NCBI GenBank assembly: GCA_963816535.1
Contig: CAWFKW010000003.1
Coordinates: 845,489 to 909,488 of the forward strand
Source of the DNA: an uncultured Ignavibacteria bacterium
GTDB lineage: Bacteria; Bacteroidota; Ignavibacteria; Tepidaquicellales; OLB5
Length of the DNA stretch: 64,000 bases
Direction of reading: 5' to 3'
A model generated the notes under the pieces. It was not told the DNA's origin, made no database searches, and saw only the letters and a program-made list of their open reading frames with translations. The translations under genes and the position numbers were made by a program. Shown here in pieces: positions 8,220-15,745 of the stretch. Numbering within the stretch: position 1 is the stretch's first letter; every line of letters starts with the position of its first letter.

Positions 8220-8870
8220 ATGGATAAAAATGAACTTGGTTCAAGGTTAAGGCACGCAGCCGATACTTTATTCGGCGGAGTCGCGGGGTTGGCAAGCATC
8301 TGGGGCGTGCAGAAAGAAGGTATTTACAGCTATTTCCGCGGCGACAGGATGCCCGGGTCGGAGCTCTTAAGAGCGCTGTGCGAAGCCGGGCTTAATATCA
8401 ACTGGCTCCTGAGCGGACTCGGCGAAATGGCGCTCGCTTACGATAAGCCCAAAGGCAGGGCAAAATCAATCCAGATACCGGTGGTGGCAAATGTGCAGTG
8501 CGGCGTTCCGGCTGTTGAATTTACCTCCAACCCTGATAAATATATCGAATTCGACGGCATTAAAAATCTGCTGAACCCGTTTGGAGTTATAGCGCAGGGA
8601 TTAAGCATGGCGCAAACTATCCTTCCCGGCGATATTTTGATATGCTCGGAAGCTACCGGCCCGATAAAGAACAACACAATTTGCCTTGTCAGCTTCAAGA
8701 CTGAACCGGAAACAGCAATAGGCCTCATCAAGCGCGTCAGCTTCAATAACGACGGAACTGTGATATTATATTCTGATAATGCGCGGAACTTTCCGCCAAT
8801 GGTTTTCAGGGAAACCGAAATTTTCAGGCTTTACCCTGTTTATACTAAATTTATCAGAAACGTAAAATAA
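8220..8870 (+). CDS. CI/LexA-type phage repressor (HTH plus S24 peptidase domain)
   Basis: N-terminal CI-like HTH (IWGVQKEGIYSYFRGDRMPGSELLRALCEAGLNINWLL). C-terminal S24 motifs: GLSMAQTILPGDILI (Ser) and GLIKRV (Lys). Confidence 0.85.
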   Translation: MDKNELGSRLRHAADTLFGGVAGLASIWGVQKEGIYSYFRGDRMPGSELLRALCEAGLNINWLLSGLGEMALAYDKPKGRAKSIQIPVVANVQCGVPAVEFTSNPDKYIEFDGIKNLLNPFGVIAQGLSMAQTILPGDILICSEATGPIKNNTICLVSFKTEPETAIGLIKRVSFNNDGTVILYSDNARNFPPMVFRETEIFRLYPVYTKFIRNVK

Positions 8871-9038
8871 ACAAAGGCTTAACAAGTTTATCTCATTACT
8901 TAGAATAGCCGGCTCCAATGACTCAACAGGTAAAGGCGGATGTATTTATTTCGTCTATCTTTAATGTTAAATCATTATTGGCTATATTTATGTTTATATT
9001 TATAGTGATTTTTGAACTAGATATGAATTTAATCTAAG

Positions 9039-9749
9039 ATGAAGCCTTTTTTCGAAACTCCGCATTGTGAATCGTGCAATTCAAGATTGAGCAACGTATT
9101 CTGCAATCTTGACGACGAACAGCTAAAAGAGCTGGATGTGGAAAAGGCATGCAACATCTACAAAAAGGGCCAGCTCATATTCTTCGAAGGCAACAAGCCA
9201 CAGGGATTGTTCTGCATCAACCGCGGCAAAGTAAAGATTTTCCAGACAGGAATTGAAGGCAAAGAGCAGATCCTGAGGCTCGCCAAAGAAGGCGATATCT
9301 TAGGCTACCGTACGCTCATCAGCGGCGGCTCATATTCCGCTTCCGCAATGGCTATGGATGATTCTTCAATTTGCATGGTTCCAAAAAAGACCTTTTTCGA
9401 CCTCCTTCAGGCTAACTCAGAGCTATCTACCCGCGTTATGCAGCTCCTTTCGCAGGACCTCAAAGACGCCGAACACAGAATAACCGAGCTTGCTCAGAAG
9501 CCGGTCAGAGAAAGGGTCGCTGAGACTATCCTGATGCTAAGAGAGTTTTATGGCCTCGAAACCGACAACCAAACGATTAACGCGCTCATTTCAAGAGACG
9601 ATATCGCAAATATTACGGGCACCGCAACCGAAACGGCGATAAGAGTTCTTTCCGATTTCAAGAGCGAGAAGATGATAGACCTGAAAGGCAAAAAAATACG
9701 CGTTTTGAACGGCAACCTCCTGCTCAAAGCGGCCAACGTTTACGATTGA
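9039..9749 (+). CDS. Crp/Fnr family transcriptional regulator with an N-terminal Cys cluster (FNR-like)
   Basis: cNMP-binding fold plus a C-terminal HTH (RDDIANITGTATETAIRVLSDF). N-terminus HCESCNSRLSNVFC. Confidence 0.9.
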   Translation: MKPFFETPHCESCNSRLSNVFCNLDDEQLKELDVEKACNIYKKGQLIFFEGNKPQGLFCINRGKVKIFQTGIEGKEQILRLAKEGDILGYRTLISGGSYSASAMAMDDSSICMVPKKTFFDLLQANSELSTRVMQLLSQDLKDAEHRITELAQKPVRERVAETILMLREFYGLETDNQTINALISRDDIANITGTATETAIRVLSDFKSEKMIDLKGKKIRVLNGNLLLKAANVYD

Positions 9750-9936
9750 ACAACGCAGAATAGAGCCCCGGAGAAAAATCTGCGGGTATCTACATCCCGC
9801 AATCCTCGTATTTTTATCAATTCTAAGCTAAAATCAAACAAATTCGTTCTTCTAACAAAAGTCATATTCTTTTATGACCAAAGTCATTGTTTTCTCTGTG
9901 GCATTCCTGTTAGTTTTGTATTGAAGTTAAAAGATT

Positions 9937-10593
9937 GTGCAAATGAAAACAAATGGTTCATCTACATTATTCTGCGACCTGGTTAAGACTGCTAGGGGAT
10001 ACAGAGAATTAAAGTTTGTCAAGAACGATTTCCTTTTCAAAGAAGATGAGCGCCCGGAAGGCATTTATCATATTACCAAGGGAAAGGTCAAGATACTCAA
10101 ACATAATAATGTTGAGTATCCTGTTATACTTCATATAGCCAAAGAAGGCGAACAGCTGGGAGTGCAGGCCATTATTGATAACACAAACCACTGGAACTCA
10201 GCCATTGCCCTGGATGACGTTGAAGTATGTTTTGTGCCCGCCGAAGAATTCCTGAGGATAATAAACAACGACAATGCGCTTAAGCTGCAGATAATGCAGT
10301 CGCTCTGTTCAAGGATAAACCGGATCGAAAACCAGATCTCCAGCAGGAGCGAGAAATCGGCCAACCAGCGCTTCGCAGAAGTGCTTACATTTCTTGCAAA
10401 TGATTACGGAATATCCGAAGATAAAGCGCTGAACATAACGCTGAGCCTTGATGAGCTGGCGAGCCTGGCAGGTACATCGCGCAATTATCTCGCAAAAATT
10501 ATTTCTGAATTTACTTCTAACGGCTGGATACAGGCTGAAGAAGGACGATTCAAGATCCTCCAAATGCCGCGTCTGCTGGAAACTGCAAAGTAA
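9937..10593 (+). CDS. Crp/Fnr family transcriptional regulator
   Basis: cNMP-binding-like core plus an HTH (LDELASLAGTSRNYLAKIISEF). The ATG at 9943 is a likely alternative to the GTG at 9937. Confidence 0.85.
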   Translation: MQMKTNGSSTLFCDLVKTARGYRELKFVKNDFLFKEDERPEGIYHITKGKVKILKHNNVEYPVILHIAKEGEQLGVQAIIDNTNHWNSAIALDDVEVCFVPAEEFLRIINNDNALKLQIMQSLCSRINRIENQISSRSEKSANQRFAEVLTFLANDYGISEDKALNITLSLDELASLAGTSRNYLAKIISEFTSNGWIQAEEGRFKILQMPRLLETAK

Positions 10594-10613
10594 TAACTTA
10601 TGGTTAATTAATG

Positions 10614-10644
10614 AGCCTGATTGTAGCATAATCAGGCTTTTTTA
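10614..10644 (+). terminator. rho-independent terminator
   Basis: AGCCTGATT (10614-10622) pairs with AATCAGGCT (10630-10638) and is followed by TTTTT. Confidence 0.75.
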
Positions 10645-10700
10645 TTATATTCGCATTGAATTTTTATCATAACCTATTGTTAATTAAATGTTTAAATTTC

Positions 10701-10714
10701 ATGATAAATATCAT
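10701..10714. promoter_or_regulatory. FNR/CRP-type box ATGATA-AA-TATCAT (core TGAT-N4-ATCA)
   Basis: Perfect palindrome read from the sequence. It lies upstream of a TATTTTTG -7 box (10759-10766) and the ferredoxin cluster. Confidence 0.4.
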
Positions 10715-10789
10715 GTCTGAAATTGACAGTCGTCATAGTATTCGCTCTGCTAATAGGTTATTTTTGATATAGCTTCGGGGGTAAACAAA

Positions 10790-10903
10790 ATGAAAACGCT
10801 CAAAACGCCTGGCATTTGGGATAATATGAAATTCGAAATAATGATTTTGATATTGGGCGTTTGTTTGTTCGCAATATGGCTTGTGTGGTTATACTCGCAT
10901 TAA
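10790..10903 (+). CDS. possible 37-aa single-TM small protein
   Basis: Hand-found ORF MKTLKTPGIWDNMKFEIMILILGVCLFAIWLVWLYSH with GGGGG 8 nt upstream. It is below the ORF-track cutoff. Confidence 0.3.
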   Translation: MKTLKTPGIWDNMKFEIMILILGVCLFAIWLVWLYSH

Positions 10904-10958
10904 CAGTTTTGACGCAACAATTTCTTTTGTTCCCCGGCTAAGAAGGAGGATTTTGAAC

Positions 10959-11306
10959 ATGGCATATAAGATTACAAACGATTGCATAAACTGCGGAGTT
11001 TGCGAAGTCGAGTGCCCCGTTGGGGCTATCATACCCGGCGGAGTGAACTGGAGAAGCAAATATGACCCGCTCGTCATGTTCACTGAGGCGCCCGCCATGA
11101 AAGATCCCTTCTATTCCGAGACGATTTATTATGTGGTTCCCGGTATGTGTAACGAGTGCCGGGATTTTTTCAGCGAGCCAAGGTGTGAGATGATTTGCCC
11201 GATGGGAAGCGTTGTTAAGGATGATTCAGTCGCTGAAACAGCAGGGTCATCCGCCGGCGCCGGGGCGCCGATATGCTCATTGTTCAATTACATGAAAGTA
11301 AATTGA
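10959..11306 (+). CDS. 4Fe-4S dicluster ferredoxin
   Basis: AGGAGG RBS followed by an ATG at 10959. Contains CINCGVCEVECP and a second C-x2-C-x8-C-x3-CP motif. Confidence 0.85.
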   Translation: MAYKITNDCINCGVCEVECPVGAIIPGGVNWRSKYDPLVMFTEAPAMKDPFYSETIYYVVPGMCNECRDFFSEPRCEMICPMGSVVKDDSVAETAGSSAGAGAPICSLFNYMKVN

Positions 11307-11327
11307 TTAACGCGGGAGAAGAATGCT

Positions 11328-11762
11328 ATGAAATTTCTGAAATTAAGCCTGGTCGCCCTTTCATTAGCGATGTTAGTGGTCCTTGTTTCGACCATTCATG
11401 CGCAGGATATCGACAACATCAAGAAAAGCGGAAAGCTCTTCAATGCAAAAACAATTGAAACAGCCAAAGGCGAGATTACTCTTGTAAGAAAAAATTTTCA
11501 TAAGAAGTCGCCCGGGTATGCTCTTGGGTTCAAACTGCAGACTGCGGATGAGACCATTTACGTTCATGTGGGGCCGGGCTGGTACGTGGAAGAGAAAGAA
11601 TTCGCATTCGAAAAAGGAGATACGGTAGAAGTGACAGGCTCAAGGGTTATGGTGAATGATAACCCGGTAATAATTGCTACCGAAATATCAAAAAGCGGCA
11701 AGACATTAATGCTGCGAAACGCAGAGGGTACACCGCTGTGGATAGGCTGGGGGGAGAAATAG
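11328..11762 (+). CDS. exported hypothetical protein
   Basis: Signal peptide MKFLKLSLVALSLAMLVVLVSTIHA, then a small beta-rich domain ending ...LRNAEGTPLWIGWG. Confidence 0.7.
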   Translation: MKFLKLSLVALSLAMLVVLVSTIHAQDIDNIKKSGKLFNAKTIETAKGEITLVRKNFHKKSPGYALGFKLQTADETIYVHVGPGWYVEEKEFAFEKGDTVEVTGSRVMVNDNPVIIATEISKSGKTLMLRNAEGTPLWIGWGEK

Positions 11763-11812
11763 GTCGGCTCAAACAGAATATGCATTATTAAAAGTAATTT
11801 GATAAATTAAAA

Positions 11813-12337
11813 ATGACTACCATGACGCAGCATACTAAGAATGAAGAGTTTTTCGATATGGTTTCTCTGCTGGAATTTGAACATGAAGAGATCCTGATCT
11901 CGCTCTCGGAGCTTGAAAACCTGGTCCTGGATCTGGGCAATCAGGAAGTTGATTACAAAAAATACGGCGACATTAAAGAGCTGCTTACAAAAGTCCAGAG
12001 AAGGCTTGCATTTAATTTCACGCTTGAAGAAGATGTTCTGTTCCCTGACCTGCATGAAGTTTTGCCACAGCAGTCGTCCGTTCCTGCGATGAGAGAAGAG
12101 CATACGCAGATACTGGGATTGTGCGGCGATGCGCTGAACATGATGGCAACCAAAGAACACGCCGATGTGAATAAAGAACGCATTGAAGCCGAAATTATTA
12201 CGCTGACCGACCATGTTGAGCGCTCGTTTCATAAAAAAGAAAACGTAATGTACCATGAAGCGGAATCTCTGTTTACCGCTTCCCAGTTAGAAGAGTTGTA
12301 CAACAAAATGCTTTTGAAGTACTACAGGGAAACTTAG
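11813..12337 (+). CDS. hemerythrin-like (HHE cation-binding) domain protein
   Basis: Spaced H/E motifs: EFEHEEIL, LEEDVLFP, MREEHTQI, HKKENVMY. Confidence 0.8.
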   Translation: MTTMTQHTKNEEFFDMVSLLEFEHEEILISLSELENLVLDLGNQEVDYKKYGDIKELLTKVQRRLAFNFTLEEDVLFPDLHEVLPQQSSVPAMREEHTQILGLCGDALNMMATKEHADVNKERIEAEIITLTDHVERSFHKKENVMYHEAESLFTASQLEELYNKMLLKYYRET

Positions 12338-12377
12338 ACCCTGTAAAGGATACTATCTTTGAAAGGAGGGTAGTATA

Positions 12378-13184
12378 ATGAAATCCGCCATATTCGCAAT
12401 GCGGGCTCCTTCCAGCTTCACAGACGAACTGAAGGACGTTTACCAGAAATACTTCAGGCGCGGTTTCGAAATAGCGGTGATGATACATGTATTTATTATT
12501 GCCGCCTATATAGGGATCAATCAGCTGGTTAAACTCGCCGATGAACAGATAGATAAAACACAGCACAGGCAGGTAATAGATGTAAAACTAACCGACCTTG
12601 AACCGCCTCCCTCAGCAAACGAAGACGATACGCCGCCTCCGAAACTGGAAGAAGTGGTCGCGCCGCCTAAGGACCTCAGCGCCTTAACTCCGGAACCTGT
12701 GGCTAAAGAGAAAGCAGACCTTCAGACGATTAAATCACAGAAAGAACTGGAAGAGATAAGAACACCCGTATCAAGCACAGGCGATACGGGCAAATTTTCT
12801 TATACCGGAAACGTAAAAGTTGAGGAAAAGAAAATTGAAGAGAAGATGATTAAAGAAGATAAGGTTATTAAGGAAACAGAGAAGACAGTGTACCAATCTT
12901 TTGAAGTCGAGAAGCCTCCGGAGTGCGTGAATCTCGGACAGGTAAAAGCCTCAATGGAATATCCGCAGATTGCGCGTGATGCCGGCATCGAAGGCAGAAT
13001 TACGGTGAAAGTTCTGGTTAGTCCTGATGGCAGTGTTATTAAAGTCGGCTCAGTAGTAGGACCTGATGTTTTCGCTGATGAAGTAAGCCGGAAATCGATG
13101 GACCTTCAGTTTACTCCCGGCCTCCAAAACGGCAAACCTGTTAAAGTGTGGGTCACCGTTCCGTTTGTGTTTAAGCTGAAATAG
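12378..13184 (+). CDS. tonB: energy transducer TonB family protein
   Basis: N-terminal TM segment, Pro/Glu-rich linker, and the C-terminal TonB domain YPQIARDAGIEGRITVKVLVSPDGSV...KPVKVWVTVPFVFKLK. Confidence 0.85.
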   Translation: MKSAIFAMRAPSSFTDELKDVYQKYFRRGFEIAVMIHVFIIAAYIGINQLVKLADEQIDKTQHRQVIDVKLTDLEPPPSANEDDTPPPKLEEVVAPPKDLSALTPEPVAKEKADLQTIKSQKELEEIRTPVSSTGDTGKFSYTGNVKVEEKKIEEKMIKEDKVIKETEKTVYQSFEVEKPPECVNLGQVKASMEYPQIARDAGIEGRITVKVLVSPDGSVIKVGSVVGPDVFADEVSRKSMDLQFTPGLQNGKPVKVWVTVPFVFKLK

Positions 13185-13185
13185 A

Positions 13186-13220
13186 CAGTTAACAGTGAGC
13201 AGTGAGCAGTTAACATGAAC
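13186..13220. repeat. heptamer-periodic microarray (CAGTTAA CAGTGAG CAGTGAG CAGTTAA CATGAAC)
   Basis: Read directly from the sequence. It starts 2 nt after the tonB stop codon. Confidence 0.8.
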
Positions 13221-13485
13221 ACACTTCGTGGCACGACTTTCGGTCGTGCTACGAATAAAACAAAAACTCAGACACGGATTACACATTTTCACGGATTGTT
13301 CTGAAATAAATAATTGAGGTCTGTGGCAATATCCCTTCGTGGCACGACTCCCAGTCGTGCCACGAATAAAACAAAAACTCAGACGTGGATTACACATATT
13401 TTCACGGATTGTTCTGAAATAAATAATTGAGGTCTGTACCAACATCCATTCGTGGCACGACTCCCGGTCGTGCCACGAATAAAGG
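13221..13485. repeat. tandem repeat of about 112-113 bp, 2.3 copies, each unit carrying a 13-bp-stem hairpin TTCGTGGCACGAC-N5-GTCGTGCCACGAA
   Basis: Hairpins at 13224-13254, 13336-13366 and 13449-13479. The segments between them are near-identical. Confidence 0.9.
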
Positions 13486-13544
13486 AATTACAAATACCAG
13501 GATTTCTTATCATCATACCTAATTTTTCTATTGCTGATTCTGCT

Positions 13545-13573
13545 CTGGATCCCCGATCAAGTCGGGGATGACA
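13545..13573. repeat. REP-like hairpin CTGGATCCCCGA-TCAAG-TCGGGGATGAC
   Basis: 8-bp stem 13549-13556 / 13562-13569. It has the same architecture as the element at 60241-60268, in the opposite orientation. Confidence 0.7.
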
Positions 13574-13580
13574 AAGATTA

Positions 13581-14282
13581 TTAATGACAAATAATCTCTT
13601 CTTTAACAGAAGTCATCTTATCGGTAAGTTTAGGGCTTAGGTAAGGTATTCCAAGATTCAATCCGCGCATGATAAATATTGCTGCAAGAATTACAGTAAA
13701 TACCGGGACCATTTTCATCAATCTTGTTCGGATTTTAAAATTCACAATGCTGCCAAGCATTGTCGCGCCCAGCATTACCGGAACTGTGCCAAGCCCGAAC
13801 ATCGCCATGAACAACATACCTTTATAAGCGTCCCCTAAAGCCGTAGCGCCGGTTAATCCCATATACACAAATCCGCACGGAAGAAGTCCGTTAACTACGC
13901 CAATACCCAACAGTGAGAGCTTATTATGCTTTTTGAGCAACGAACCCATAGAAGACTTTACCACATTGAATGCCTTATAAAATCCCGTACCTGAGATTAT
14001 AGCCGATTTATACTTATACGGCAACACCGCCACGGCAAGAATTATGACGCCAAGCGAAATCGAGAGTATCTGCTGAAGTCCGAATAACGCTATCCTGTTG
14101 CCAAGCAGCCCGAACAAAAATCCGAGCGCTGAGTACGTAACAATTCTTCCGAAATTATGCAGAATTCTTCCAAAGAGGATATTGCCGCCGCCGGTTGGAA
14201 GCGCTAGCGCAATAGGCCCGCACATTCCAATGCAGTGGAAACTGCCGAATAAACCTATAATAAAACCTGTTAATAATTCCAT
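13581..14282 (-). CDS. DsbD_2 / TauE-SafE-like membrane protein associated with cbb3 clusters
   Basis: Polytopic protein with N-terminal GSFHCIGMCGPIALALP (HCxxMCGP motif). Confidence 0.8.
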   Translation of the reverse strand: MELLTGFIIGLFGSFHCIGMCGPIALALPTGGGNILFGRILHNFGRIVTYSALGFLFGLLGNRIALFGLQQILSISLGVIILAVAVLPYKYKSAIISGTGFYKAFNVVKSSMGSLLKKHNKLSLLGIGVVNGLLPCGFVYMGLTGATALGDAYKGMLFMAMFGLGTVPVMLGATMLGSIVNFKIRTRLMKMVPVFTVILAAIFIMRGLNLGIPYLSPKLTDKMTSVKEEIICH

Positions 14283-14285
14283 ATG

Positions 14286-14708
14286 TTATGAAACATTAGC
14301 CGCAGATTGCCCTGAATACTTATGATCTGCGCTGAATACTTTTCTTTTGATCTCCAGTTTCTTCCCGAAATTAATCAATAATCCAACTTCAAAACTGGTT
14401 GCTTTCAGGTAATTAATCAATTGGGCTTCAAAGGCCGGATTCATACATTCTGCCGCTTTCAATTCGAGGATTATTTTCCCTTCTACCAGTATGTCCGCAA
14501 AATAATCACCCGCAACTTCACCTTCAAATAAAACTTTTATAGGAAATTCTTCCTCAGCTCTTAATCCGGCTTCTCTTAATTTTTTTAGAAGAGCTCTCCG
14601 ATAAATTTTTCCCAGAAATCCATGTCCCAAAGTATTGTATACAGCAAATACTTGGCCTATTATTTTTTCGGTCAGGTCTGAGTATATATAATTCTGCTTA
14701 TTTAACAT
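14286..14708 (-). CDS. GxxExxY family protein (PD-(D/E)XK-like) with a variant motif
   Basis: IIGQVFAVYNTLGHGFLGKIYRRAL...DILVEGKIILELKA...AQLINYLKATSFEVGLLINFG. The signature reads GFLGKIY, so E is replaced by G. Confidence 0.85.
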   Translation of the reverse strand: MLNKQNYIYSDLTEKIIGQVFAVYNTLGHGFLGKIYRRALLKKLREAGLRAEEEFPIKVLFEGEVAGDYFADILVEGKIILELKAAECMNPAFEAQLINYLKATSFEVGLLINFGKKLEIKRKVFSADHKYSGQSAANVS

Positions 14709-14750
14709 GTTTTTATCATAATCACTCTGTGAAATCTGCGGCTCATGTTC

Positions 14751-15230
14751 TTAGAGAATTATCTGCTCTTCATCATAGTATTCGGTCCCGCCGGATTTCC
14801 ATTCGATCTTCACTTTCCAGTAACCCCTGGCGAATGAAGACAAGTCGATTGCCTGCCTGTTATCTTTATCAGGCTGGATCTTTATTTTGAAATCCTGTTT
14901 AGAATCGGAGGGACGGTAGAAAACATATTCGCCGCTTATATCCCCTATCTTTGGAAAAGCAAACACCACAGCGCCCCCGGTAAGCTCATACTTTAATACT
15001 TCCGCAAGCCTCTTCGAATTATTTATCTTGTCTATCTGGTCCTGGTATTTAATTTCTTTATCGTAGTAGTTAATGGCTACCAAGTCAACGTTCCTGGTCA
15101 TCATTGAGTAGGTCATGGTGAGCGTTACAATAACGAATATAATATATGTTGCGGCTATGCCTTTGCCCCAATAATTGCCTTTAGTCCCCGCGTATGCAGG
15201 GATCCCTTTATCTTTATTATGATCCTTCAT
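14751..15230 (-). CDS. fixH: FixH family protein (cbb3 maturation)
   Basis: Single TM segment plus ...VDLVAINYYDKEIKYQDQID... The start was moved to the ATG at 15230, because the longer ORF N-terminus is translated repeat DNA. Confidence 0.75.
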   Translation of the reverse strand: MKDHNKDKGIPAYAGTKGNYWGKGIAATYIIFVIVTLTMTYSMMTRNVDLVAINYYDKEIKYQDQIDKINNSKRLAEVLKYELTGGAVVFAFPKIGDISGEYVFYRPSDSKQDFKIKIQPDKDNRQAIDLSSFARGYWKVKIEWKSGGTEYYDEEQIIL

Positions 15231-15260
15231 ATTTCTTTCCTGATAATAACTTAATTGTTT

Positions 15261-15745
15261 AATCTGAGTCTCAAGCTCCGGTCCGGGACTATTACCTCTC
15301 CCCCGCCTATCGGCTCCCCTCCCCACATTGGGAGGGGGTTGGGTGGAGAGGTATTGCTACTTTACCGCCCCCAAAAACGAGGTCTTGAACATGCCTACCT
15401 CCTGCCCGTTGCAAACGCATCAATCTAAGTCTGAGTCTCAAGCTTCGGTCCGGGAACTATTACCTCTCCCCCGCCTACCGGCTCCCCTCCCCACATTGGG
15501 AGGGGGTTGGGTGGAGAGGTATTGCTACTTTACCGCCCCCAAAAACGAGGTCTTGAACCTCCCTATCTCCTGCCCGTTGCAAACACATCAATCTAAGTCT
15601 GAGTCCCAAGCTCCAGCTTGGGACTTTTACCTCTACCCCGCCTATCGGCTCCCCCTCCCCACATGGGGAGGGGGTTGGGAGGAGAGGTATTACTACTTTA
15701 CCGCCCCCAAGAACGTCGTCTTAAATTTCCCTATCTCAACTCCGT
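15261..15745. repeat. tandem repeat of about 167-168 bp, roughly 2.8 copies, containing nested G/C palindromes and duplicated ccoG 3' ends
   Basis: CTGAGTC(T/C)C anchors at 15265, 15432 and 15600. The palindrome CCTCTCC..CCCCTCCCACATTGGGAGGGG..GGAGAGG occupies 15296-15352 in copy 1. Confidence 0.9.

Larger units (their letters stand above)
1..8870. mobile_element. phage-derived head-neck-tail module plus divergent repressor (prophage remnant or GTA-like element); left end is outside the window
   Basis: Contiguous, tightly packed minus-strand genes in canonical HK97/RcGTA order (TerS, TerL, portal, protease, MCP, connector, neck, tube). A CI/S24 repressor lies on the plus strand at the right edge, followed by host Crp/Fnr genes. 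Confidence 0.75.

Noticed and set aside
1-8870. Whole-element TAG-to-Gln recoding (alternative genetic code phage)
   Set aside because: Only one in-frame TAG is visible. TerL, portal, protease and MCP are all intact under the standard code, and no suppressor tRNA is seen in the window. It is retained only as one of three explanations for the connector TAG.
13050-13445. 131-aa minus-strand ORF across the 112-bp hairpin repeat
   Set aside because: It is composed of translated repeat units and overlaps the tonB 3' end antisense, so there is no independent coding evidence.
13221-13485. CRISPR-array interpretation of the evenly spaced palindromic repeats
   Set aside because: The inter-hairpin 'spacers' are near-identical copies of one another, so this is a tandem repeat. 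No cas genes are present in the window.
14751-15326. Full 191-aa version of the fixH ORF starting at 15326 (MGRGADRRGRGNSPGPELETQ...)
   Set aside because: The first 32 codons are translated repeat/palindrome DNA. The ATG at 15230 gives a normal FixH N-terminus.
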